DNA from: Spirogloea muscicola
Lineage: Eukaryota
Assembly (NCBI GenBank): GCA_009602725.1
Contig: WELB01000004.1
Coordinates: forward strand, 622,119-686,118
Length of the DNA stretch: 64,000 nt
Reading direction: 5' to 3'
Shown here: piece after piece, positions 50,801 through 64,000 of the stretch
How positions within the stretch are numbered: the stretch's first letter is position 1
Layout of the letters: each line of letters starts with the position of its first letter
Notes under the pieces: model-generated
What the model was told of the DNA's origin: nothing
Seen by the model: only the letters and a program-made list of their open reading frames with translations
The model's database searches: none
Made by a program: the position numbers and the translations under genes

Positions 50801-53420
50801 TTCACGCTTTTTGCGCCTTCTCGGCCCTCTCAGAGCGGGTCAATTTGCTGTAGATTATGTAGGTCTTTTATATGTGCTTGCCTTTGTACTTGGCCTATGG
50901 CCTTCGTTTGTTTCAAATACACGGAATTCTCAGACCTTGTGCATTTCTCTAAGGCTGGCCTCTCACAGCCGTTGCCGCGTAATTTGGATGAGCATCTGGG
51001 GGGCCAACCGGACGAGACGGAATTGCGGCCCGTCCAGGAATCTGAATTTTGGCCTTTCAGATCCCCCAAGGGCCACGTGAGCCACAATGGACAGGTCACC
51101 GCGAGACAAGTGGAGGACGATCATTGGCCCTGGCTACCGTGGACGGACAACCCGAAATAGCGGCGGGAGCGACGGCGGCGGCGGCGGCTGCGGCACCGGC
51201 AGCAGATCTGGGCCGCAGATCTTCCGCGTCACGACAAATTTCACCGGCCGGGCGGCCGAGCTGGCTGCCGGCGGCCGGCGTCCGGCGGGCGGTGACGTGG
51301 CGCCGGTGGTGACGTGGCGCCGGTGGTGACGTGGCGCCGGCCTGAGGATCTCATTAGGATACCCTTCGGTCGTGAGAGGCGGGCCCCACAAGACTTATTC
51401 CGCGGCAGCCGCCGCCACATCCGGCGAGAGATGCGGTCCGCGCTGCTGCGATATTCGCCCGGCCCGCACCGCGTAGCCCCGCCCCTCGGCGATGCTGGCG
51501 TCCGACCTTCAAGGCTTCCGGGCTGGCTTTGCTGGCCCCCCTTTTTCTATGGGCGAGCACTTTCACTTCTTCAAGAGAGCACCAAGGCCCGCCGTCTGGG
51601 CGCCTACACTTGACGCCGGCAAGCCGCCCGCATCATGTGCCGCAACGCGACAGGACGCGTAAGTCTCGTATTCAACCGCTCTTGCACCTGTGTGGGCGAG
51701 CACAGCATGGCCAATTGGCGGGCTGGGTCGTGACAGTGCGTGTGGTCGAGAAGGTGGGCCAGGTGCGGGGAGGCGAGGCGCCGCATGACGTCCTGCGGGC
51801 CCCCAGTGTGCGCAGCGCGACAATGGGAGCAGCAGTACACGGGCGGATGAGCGGCAGCGCCGCAGCTCAGGAGGTGTAGCCACCGGCGGGCAGGGGGGAG
51901 GCGGGGGGAAGGCCCGCGGTGCGGACGATTTCGAAAGGCGGCCAATCCAAGCCAATACACTGTTCAGGCAAAAGCTACTGCAGAAAGTGGGGCTACATGA
52001 AATGAAGCACTATGCTAAGGTGGCTAAGGTAACAGTGCGACGTTAGTGAACGCGGGTGAGCACATCAATTTCGGACAGCCTAACTTGGGGGAGGCGGAGC
52101 GCCGCCACCGAAGCCGGTGCTTGACTTAGAGAATGGCGCGCCCTGAGAGAAGAGGGGCTAGCAAAGCCAGCCCAGAAAATCATGGACAATGTCCGCAGAC
52201 CTCAAAGGAGCGCTGCGCGCCCAACAAGCTGCTGAGTAGCCAGAGCTTGCGAGCGCTGCAGACTTAACGAGAGCTGCATTCTGTAACCTGCAACTGATGC
52301 CTGCGAATGCTAGTGTGCCCCAAGCTGAGGTGGGAGGACGGCGACGATGAGGGAAGCGGAAATAGAAGAAGCAGCAGCTCTGTGACAAGAAAGAGTTTGT
52401 GAATAAGAGTGGCAGTGCCTGAAATTGGCCGGGTCGCTTGCCCAGGCATTCCGCATACGGCTCTGTCTCCTTCCATCGCTCCCTGGCTCACTGGTGTGCT
52501 TGTTTTTCTTAGCGCTTCCCCTGGCCCCCCCTTCTCGTACTTTGTTCTCGTTCTCGTACTACTTTATTCATTCTTTTTTGGGCTGGCTTTTCCGGCCCCC
52601 ATCCTCAATGGGCGAGCCCTTTCTCCCTCACAAAGTGCTCTTCCGGGCAGGCCGCGCTACGGCTGCTGCTTCTGGGTATTGTCGGGGTGCCTCTCTTCCA
52701 GCTGCAAATTACTCCGACTTGCTGCTTCTAACTCGGGGTTAAGCTACCATCCGTCGTAGTCTAGTGCATAGCTGTGTAGTTTAGGCGCCTTTCGGCCCTT
52801 TGGACCTTGTCACTCTTTCTGGGCTGGCTTTTACAGCCCCTGCTTCTTTTGGCCAGCCCCAAAAAGAGATTGTCCAAAAGAGCAGAAGAGTACAAGAAGC
52901 TCGTCGTCCAATAGGCCGCGATGCCTGTCAATGGTTGTGTGCGGGGGCCTGTTTACAGATATCGCCTCGTCTTATAGAGAGCAGATTCATCAGAAAGGCC
53001 AGCCGAAATGAGTGGACTAGGGGCCGGAGAGAAACAGCACTTTTGAGACAATGGCTGTGAGAGGCCAGCCCAACGGACTGTACAAGGTCTGACAGGGCCG
53101 GCAGGAGCAAAAAGCGGGATATCGATCTCCATGGCGTTTGCAAGTGGGCGCTCAATAATTTCTGGTCAGCAAGTTGCAGGTCAAAATGAGTAGAGAGCGG
53201 CAAAGCGTCACCCTGACGGAACCCGGAGGCAGCAGCAAAAAGATACAGCTCTGCAAATAGACGGCAATGGCTGTGAGAAGAAGAAGTGGCACTCCCAATG
53301 GGAGAGGCCAACCCAAAGAAAGAAAGTGGCTCTCCCACAGGGGGCTTCACACAGGCTGGCCGTGAACAGCCAGCCCGAGGTGAATTGAGAAGGTCCAAAG
53401 AAAAGTACAAGAGGGGCCCA
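47850..53420. mobile_element. Large cluster of nested, 5'-truncated CRE-like (RLE-type) non-LTR retrotransposon 3' ends
   Basis: Peptides: FVDTHGALGARWLELLHQLA..YRMRLAVSLQRSMARALHLRAGRALAAASG..SDLRLLSRGY* (50014-50305 -); RGPLGPRFHTLLQNIA..FLRRRVSACLQRAQANALHQKAG (50345-50587 -); YRMRLSVSLQRSMTSALHLRAG (48470-48720 -); RAGRATAAASG..SDLLLLTRG* (52636-52742 +). More than 10 copies of the 3'-UTR module are present. Confidence 0.8.
51291..51340 (+). repeat. 17-bp tandem repeat x3 (GGTGACGTGGCGCCGGT)
   Basis: Direct reading. Each unit contains TGACGTGGC. Confidence 0.85.
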
Positions 53421-54442
53421 AAAGGAGAGGCCAGCTGGAGGCGGCGGCGCCGAGCTGCGGGCCATGGCGGAATGGCGGCATGGTGACGGCGCGCGCGCTG
53501 CTGCGTGGCCGGCACGCCGCCGTGGGCCAGGCGCCCGCCCGAGCCGCCCATCCGGCCCCCGGGGCNNNNNNNNNNNNNNNNNNNNNNNNNNNNNNNNNNN
53601 NNNNNNNNNNNNNNNNNNNNNNNNNNNNNNNNNNNNNNNNNNNNNNNNNNNNNNNNNNNNNNNNNNNNNNNNNNNNNNNNNNNNNNNNNNNNNNNNNNNN
53701 NNNNNNNNNNNNNNNNNNNNNNNNNNNNNNNNNNNNNNNNNNNNNNNNNNNNNNNNNNNNNNNNNNNNNNNNNNNNNNNNNNNNNNNNNNNNNNNNNNNN
53801 NNNNNNNNNNNNNNNNNNNNNNNNNNNNNNNNNNNNNNNNNNNNNAGAGAGAGGGGTAGAGGGGGGGGCAGAGAGAGGGAGAGAGGGGGGGGGGGAGAGA
53901 AAGAGAGAGGGGGAAGGGAAGGGAGAAGGGGATCGAGAGTGGGAGAAACAGCTCCTCTAGTATAAGGCAGTGCCTGTCGAAGGCGAGAGGGCGAGAAAGC
54001 GCAGGGAGAGGGAGAGTGGAGAGGGAGAGGGAGAGAGGAAGGGGGAGAGAGGGGGAAGGAGGGAGGTGGAGGGAGGTAAGGGGAGGAGGTGCGGGAGGGG
54101 GGTGCGAATCAGGAAGCGAATGGTGAGAGCAAGAGGGGAGGCGGAGCGGAGGCGAGGGAGTGGGAGAGGGAGCTCGCCCATAGAGAAGAGGGAGCGGGAG
54201 GAGCGGATTGGAGAATCGAAATCCGGTGAGGGAGGAGGTGAGACTGTGGTGAGGGAAGGCGCGCGAGGGAGAAGGGGCCTTATGGAAGCTGCTGGCTGGG
54301 GTTTTGGGACGTAACTGCGGGCTCCACCCCCAGATCTACCTGCGGAGGGGCGGTGGCGACGTCCCACCTGGTCGCCCCCCCTCCTCGCCCTCCCTCCACC
54401 CCTGGGCTGATCGGGCCATCACTGCTCCTCAGGAGACCGTGC

Positions 54443-54447
54443 TATAA
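54443..54447 (+). promoter_or_regulatory. Candidate TATA-like element of the EGF-extensin gene
   Basis: GCTATAAG about 80 bp upstream of ATG 54528, in an otherwise GC-rich context. Confidence 0.3.
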
Positions 54448-54527
54448 GCCAGTGCAGCCCTGGCAGCCATTGTGCAAACGGCAGCTGCAGGCCCCGCGCA
54501 CAGCAGCGCGGGCGCCCCAGAGGCAAC

Positions 54528-56243
54528 ATGGCGCGGGCTGGCGGGATCGTGGCGGTTCTGCTGCTGGCCCTCGCCTGTGTTGCCCAGGGCCAAGGTGAGC
54601 TTTGCGTACCTGTGTGCTCCCGCATGACCTTGCCCGGCCGATGGGTGCGCGGCATCGTCAAAGCTGCAATGTCTGCCTACCAGCGTGGCAGCTAGCTGCT
54701 GGTCACAAGCTACGGGCCAGCTGTCTGCCAGCAGGGGAATGAGAGGTGTCGCTGTGGGGTGCACATGGGGCTCGGTGGACGCCGTCACATTGCTGCATCT
54801 ATCCAAGTGTTGCACAGATCCGCCTGCTGAACTGCAAAGCACAAGCTGCATTTGCCTCTAAGCCCGGCATTGGGGCACAGTCCAGGTGCCCAACAGGCAT
54901 GCAGCTGGCGCACAGCCTGCGTATTTGGGCTTGCAACAGGCAGGCCCAGGAGGTCCTAGGCTAGCAAGTGCTCCTCCTCCTCGGATGTCGAGTAACGTGC
55001 ACAGTTGCTGCCCTTGTGCAGCCCCTGCACCTGCGCCGGAGGTTGTGCCCCCGCCGCCGCTGTGCCCCCCCGCCAATGGCAGCTGCGTGGTGGGATCCGG
55101 TTGCTATGGCTCCGACTGCTCAGTGGAGTGCAGTAAGTACATTGATTTCCTCCTCTGCCCATGCCTCGCATAGTCAATGTCCACCCTTGAGCTATCTCCG
55201 CTGCATGTTTCTGGCATGCTCAGCGAGAAGCACAAGATGCAGCAGAGCAGGGGGGGACCTGATGTGCCTTCATAACCATTGACTCCCACCATTGATTCTG
55301 TGCCACTCTACGACATCAATGTATGCTTGCCTACGAGTTCGCGGCATGCTTGCGGCGGCTTCGATGCATGGCATATGGATGCTGGCCTTGTGGTTGCCCC
55401 CGCTGGCTGACTTATCGCGTGTGCATTGTGGCCTGAACTGGTGATCCGCAGTCTGCCTCAACGGTGCTACCTGCTTTGACGGTCCAAGCGGCAATGGCAC
55501 GTGCGACTGCTCGACAGCTGGCCCTGGCTACTTCTCTGGAACCTTCTGCAACAACTGCGCTGCCAACTATGATTTCCTCACTGGCTGCACCCAAGGTATG
55601 ATGCAAGGGTCCCCTTTGTTGGCCATGTTCTGGTCCGCACCATCATCTCTCTCCACTTCTTCCCCCCTCCTCTTCCACTTTTGTCCCTCTTCCCTCCTCT
55701 CTGCTCTCTTTTCCTCGCTGTCTCCATCTCCATGTGCATCCCCCACACCTTCCCATTCCCCTTCCCCCTTCCACCGCCTACCCACACCAATAGCCACACT
55801 CACAGACACCTTCACACCACACTCTCAATTGCACCCACACCTTACACACCTACATTCATACACACGTTCTCACTCCTACATCCACACACTCGAATCATTA
55901 CAAGCCCACCACTGCTCTGGCTCTCGCTCTCGCTCTCCCTCCCTCTCGCTCTCGCTCTCGCTCTCGCTCTCGCTCTCGCTTTCGATCACACCAACACGCC
56001 GATACACCAACACCCTTACACCCTGACACCCTGGCACACTGGCACACCACCAACACGCTCTTATCACAACATAGACACACCAACCAACACACTAGACGCA
56101 GATCTCAAATTCACCGTCACTTTCCCTCTCTCAAACCTTTTCACATACCTTCAAACACACTCACACACTCTCTCACACTCTCTCTGTGTCGCATATTCAC
56201 AATCACACACACACTCACACTTAGACTCACACACTCACACACT

Positions 56244-56274
<31 letters not shown>

Positions 56275-59200
56275 ACTCACACACTCACACACAGACAGTC
56301 ACACACACGCACACACACACACAGGCACACGCACACACAAACGCACACGCACACGCACTCACGACTCTCGTAGGACTTCAATGACTTGTGCCCTGTTCCA
56401 ACCCCTGCCTTTCAGACCCATCACCCCATTTTGATTATCGTCGTAGTTGTATTCCCATCCACAAATTTGCCCTCCATCATGCCTCTCCTCGATCTACTTC
56501 CTCCTTTCTCTACCCTACCTCCATCGTTTCCTGCCGCCTCCCCTCTCCCTCAAGCTCCCTCTCCCCTCTCCCTCTGGCTCTTATCTTACCTCAACCTCTT
56601 GCACCACCTTCTCCATCACCCACCCAACCCCCATTGGGGTCTTTCCCCTACTCCTCTCCCCGTTTTCATCCTGCCAGACCTCGAGAGTCTGTTAGACGCG
56701 CCCGCACTGCTGGTGCTGACATTCTCACTCGCAAATGTGGCAGTGATTGATGAGTGCTTGGGTTCGCCCTACTCCCCGCCCCTCAACTGCTCAGACAACC
56801 CACCATGCAACTTCATCTCCTCAGGAGTTGCTGTCTGCGGTGAGGTCTCAGCACAAACATAATCGCTGCTGTTTGCATGTGGGCTTTCGCCTTCTGAGCC
56901 GTTGCACATGTCTGGAAGGAGGGTTAACAAATGAGCACACTTAGCAGCATAGATATAATTTCAGATGCTCAGCCTGTGACGCGAATTCTCTGTGCAGGTC
57001 CCCTTCCGATAGCCCCTGCACCAGCGCCCATGGTGGTCATCCCTCCGCCCCTGTGCCCTCCTATGGATGGCAGCTGCAATCCCGGCTCCGGTTGCTATGG
57101 CACCAACTGCTCAATGGAGTGCAGTAAGCTGCAGCCACTCCTTGCCTCAACCAGTGCTTCAAACGGTCTGGAGAGTACTGTATCAAGTAGCAAGACAATG
57201 ACCCCAGCCATTTCTTGTGCGCTTTACTGACTGTGCTCTGTGCTATGACTACCTTGGGTCCACCGCAGTCTGCCTCAATGGTGCCAGCTGCAGCGATGGA
57301 GCCGCAGGCAGTGGCGTGTGCAACTGCTCCGCGGCTGGACCCGGTCATTTCACGGGAACCTTCTGCCAGAACTGCGTCGACAACTACGACTTCTCAACTG
57401 GCTGCACGCAAAGTATGTGCCTTCTCTGCAATAGGATCCTCAATGGAAACGTGCAGTAAGCCTTACAGTGATTGCAAGAGTGTGCATGGAAAAACCAATT
57501 GAAAGTGAACCCATCATATTTGTTGCCGTTATGCATGTGGTCTGGGCAGCTACTGCATGCATTCATGGCTGTGACAGCCACAGTCTACGATTTCTGGCTT
57601 ACAGCTGTTGTTTCGTCTTTCAGTCATTGACAGGTGCCTTGGAAGCCCATTCGAAGCCCCACTTGACTGTTCATCCAATCCCCCTTGTAATTTCATCAGC
57701 TCGGGCGTTGCTGTCTGCGGTGAGCACATTTGGAGCCTCAAGATATTAGCCTTCAGCCTTGGACTTGTCCACCATGCCCTCCTTACAGAGCCGCAAATGT
57801 CATAGCATTTCCGCCTTTCATCGCATGCTCCACACTGCTCCGTGCAGGTCCCCTTCCGGTCGCCCCTGCACCAGCGCCCATGGTGGTCATCCCTCCGCCC
57901 CTGTGCCCTCCTATGGATGGCAGCTGCAATCCCGGCTCCGGTTGCTATGGCACCAACTGCACGATGGAGTGCAGTAAGCTGCAGCCACTCCTTGCCTCAA
58001 CCCAGGGCTTCAACGGTCTGAAGAGTACTGTATCAAATAGCAAGCCAATGATCTTAGCCATTTCTGTGAGTCTACTGAATGGGCTCTCTCCTATGACTAC
58101 CTTGGGACCACCGCAGTCTGCCTCAATGGTGCGAGCTGCAGCGACGGCACCAGTGGCACTGGCGTGTGCAACTGCTCCGTGGCTGGACCCGGTCATTTCA
58201 CGGGAACCTTCTGCCAGAACTGCGTCGACAACTACGACTTCTCAACTGGCTGCACGCAGAGTATGGGCCTCCTCTGCATCAGCATTCTCAATAAGAACGT
58301 GCAGTAAGCCCACACAGTAATTGCAAGAGTGTGCAGGGAACAACCAATTGAATGTGAACCCATCATATTTGTTGCCGTTATGCATGTGGTCTGGGCAGCT
58401 ACTGCATGCATGGCTGTGACAGCCACAGTCTACGATTTCTGGCTTACAGCTGTTGTTTCGTCTTTCAGTCATTGACAGGTGCCTTGGAAGCCCATTCGAA
58501 GCCCCACTTGACTGTTCATCCAATCCCCCTTGTAACTTCATCAGCTCGGGCGTTGCTGTCTGCGGTGAGCACATTTGGCTCCTCAAGATACTAGCCTTGG
58601 ACTTGTCCACCATGCCCTCCTTCCAAAGCCGCAAATGTCATAGCATTTCCGCCTTTCATCGCATGCTCCACACTGCTCCATGCAGGTCCCCTTCCGGTCG
58701 CCCCTGCACCAGCGCCCATGGTGGTCATCCCTCCGCCCCTGTGCCCTCCTATGGATGGCAGCTGCAATCCCGGCTCCGGTTGCTATGGCACCAACTGCAC
58801 GATGGAGTGCAGTAAGCTGCAGCCACTCCTTGCCTCAACCCAGTGCTTCAACGGTCTGAAGAGTACTGTATCAAATAGCAAGCCAATGATCTTAGCCATT
58901 TCTGTGCGTCTACTGAATGTGCTCTCTCCTATGACTACCTTGGGTCCACCGCAGTCTGCCTCAATGGTGCGAGCTGCAGCGACGGCACCAGTGGCACTGG
59001 CGTGTGCAACTGCTCCGTGGCTGGACCCGGTCATTTCACGGGAACCTTCTGCCAGAACTGCGTCGACAACTACGACTTCTCAACTGGCTGCACCCAGAGT
59101 ATGCAGCCCTCTGCCTCGTCACATGCGAATGATATCCGCCAGATACATGTGGCAGTGTGACTGGGTTGAAGAGACTGCGGCAATTTGCAAATTTAGGCAG

Positions 59201-60858
59201 GAGTCAGCCTTCACGCCCAGGGTGTGGCTATGACCAACCAGAGGCACAAGTGGTGCTTACAGCTTTTCTGTGTTATGGGATTCCAGTCATTGACAGGTGC
59301 CTTGGAAGTCCCTTCGAAGCCCCCCTTAACTGCTCCTCCAACCCCCCTTGCAACTTCATCAGCTCAGGTGTCGCTGTTTGCGGTAAGTACAACAGATGCC
59401 TTTCGACTGAGAGCTTGCAAACGCGTTTGGTCCTGTCAACCACAGTCTTTATACGAGATTCAGTCTTTCTTTTACGATTAGACGTTGATTGACTGGCATC
59501 CCGGTACCCTGTGCAGGCCCCCTACCGATGGCCCCTGCACCAGCCCCCATGGTGGTCATCCCGCCACCCCTCTGCCCTCCTATGGATGGCAGCTGCACTG
59601 TTGGCTCCGGCTGCTACGGCCCCAACTGTACGATGGAGTGCAGTAAGCTTCGGTCTCCTGGCTCCTCGAGAATGCAGCCCAGAGACTGCGTTGTGCAGGT
59701 ACTGCAAGGGCATCTGGCCACTTGTATGTATGGGCGTTGACATACTTATGCGCTCCAGCTGCTTCCTCGTACCTGCAGTTTGCCTCAATGGCGCAAGCTG
59801 CGATGATGGCACCAACGGCTCCGGCGTGTGCAACTGCTCCACGGCTGGACCTGGCCATTTCACGGGCACCTTCTGTCAGAACTGCGCCGACAACTATGAC
59901 TTCACAACTGGATGCACGACAGGTTGGCCTTCGACCTACTATTAGCGTACATTCAAAAGTGCTGGCTCCATGTTGTGCAATAAAGTCCCCCCCCCCCCCC
60001 CAAGTTGTCCTGTGTCACTGCCAAGTGCAATACATACACAACACTTCATCCTGAGCATATTCATCAGCTTAATGATTTTGCTCACAATACCCCCCCATGG
60101 TGTCTTCAGTGATCGACCCTTGCCTGGCCACGCCCTTCAACCCCGCATTGGACTGCAGCTACACTCCCAACCAGATCTGTGTCTTCCAGTTCCCTGGCAA
60201 CGCGACTTGCGAGTGTGCCCCGGGCTATAGACGCGAGGGTCTCTGCTGCAACCCCATTCCGTCGCCGCCACCACCGCCGCCCAAGAAGTCACCCCCTCCG
60301 CCTGCCAAGTCGCCGCCGCCGTCACCGCCAAAGTCGCCGCCGCCGCCGCCCAAGAAGTCACCTCCTCCGCCTGCCAAGTCGCCGCCGCCGTCGCCGCCGA
60401 AGTCGCCGCCGCCACCGCCCTTCAAGTCACCACCCCCACCTGCCAAGTCACCGCCGCCGTCACCGCCGAAGTCGCCGCCGCCGCCTCCTTTCAAGCCGCC
60501 ACCACCACCTGCCAAGTCGCCGCCGCCGTCACCGCCGAAGTCGCCGCCACCGCCCTTCAAGCCGCCACCCCCACCTGCCAAGTCGCCGCCGCCGTCACCG
60601 CCGAAGTCGCCACCACCGCCGCCCAAGAAGTCACCTCCTCCGCCTGCCAAGTCGCCGCCGCCGTCACCGCCGAAGTCGCCGCCACCACCACCTGCCAAAT
60701 CGCCGCCGCCGTCACCGCCCAAGTCGCCGCCACCACCACCTGCCAAGTCGCCGCCACCACCACCTGCCAAGTCGCCGCCGCCGTCACCGCCCAAGTCGCC
60801 GCCACCACAACCTGCCAAGTCGCCGCCACCACCACCTGCCAAGTCGCCGCCGCCGCCA
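54528..60858 (+). CDS. Secreted EGF-like-repeat / extensin chimeric glycoprotein, 16 exons visible, 3' end lost in a poly-T artefact
   Basis: Signal peptide MARAGGIVAVLLLALACVAQG. Five repeats of [APAPAP..PPPLCPPxxGSC..GCYGxxCxxEC | ICLNGAxCxDGxxGxGxCxCS.AGPGxFxGTFCxNC..NYDFxTGC | IDxCLGSP..C..C..VAVCG]. The final exon is a full EGF (CECAPGY) followed by KSPPPP/AKSPPPSPP repeats. All introns are GT-AG, phase 1. Confidence 0.88.
55920..56365. repeat. (CTCTCG)n and degenerate (CA)n low-complexity intron sequence
   Basis: Direct reading. Confidence 0.8.
56990..59930 (+). repeat. Intragenic tandem duplication, unit about 830-850 bp
   Basis: Homologous exon starts at 56998, 57848, 58686 and 59517. 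Introns are near-identical among the middle units. Confidence 0.92.
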
Positions 60859-60859
60859 N

Positions 60860-63737
<2,878 letters not shown>

Positions 63738-64000
63738 NNNNNNNNNNNNNNNNNNNNNNNNNNNNNNNNNNNNNNNNNNNNNNNNNNNNNNNNNTCACTT
63801 TGTCTCCCCTCCTCTCCCCTCCTCTCCCCCTTCTTCCTCCACATTGCTTTGGGGTGGCCTCTCATAGCAGTTGCCTTGACATTGGAGCCGCTTTCTCTTC
63901 ACAATAAAAGTGCTGTTTATGACGCTCTCTCTCCCGCTCTCTTTCTACTCTTGAATCTCACATAGAGAGTGAGACTCTTCGAGTGGAGAGCGATGGCTGT

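Noticed and set aside
51560..51625. Minus-strand KCRRPDGGPWC resembling a kringle motif
   Set aside because: Short, with an in-frame stop just upstream and no supporting exons; likely chance.
53847..54300. GA-rich ORFs on both strands
   Set aside because: Low-complexity purine tract next to a gap, with no coding evidence.

Overview
GC-rich, intron-rich eukaryotic DNA, most likely a streptophyte green alga. This is inferred from a land-plant-type TOPLESS, a plant-type NYN/C2H2 gene and SPPPP extensin repeats. It is a draft assembly with N gaps and homopolymer artefacts. Spliced genes I could walk exon by exon: TOPLESS (-), RAD16-like SNF2/RING helicase (-), proteasome beta-6/PBF1 (-), mitochondrial 2Fe-2S ferredoxin (+), a MAPEG protein (+), a NYN+C2H2 protein (-), an alpha/beta hydrolase (+), a small single-pass membrane protein (-), eIF2B delta (-) and a secreted EGF-repeat/extensin chimera (+). 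There is also an isolated internal fragment of an alanyl-tRNA synthetase gene. Two features stand out. (1) Intergenic clusters are made of 5'-truncated 3' ends of CRE-like, restriction-like-endonuclease non-LTR retrotransposons. These are chained head-to-tail into one another and end in a recurring, possibly pseudoknotted RNA module (about 20 or more copies). (2) The EGF-extensin gene is built from five tandem copies of a three-exon module in which every intron is phase 1.
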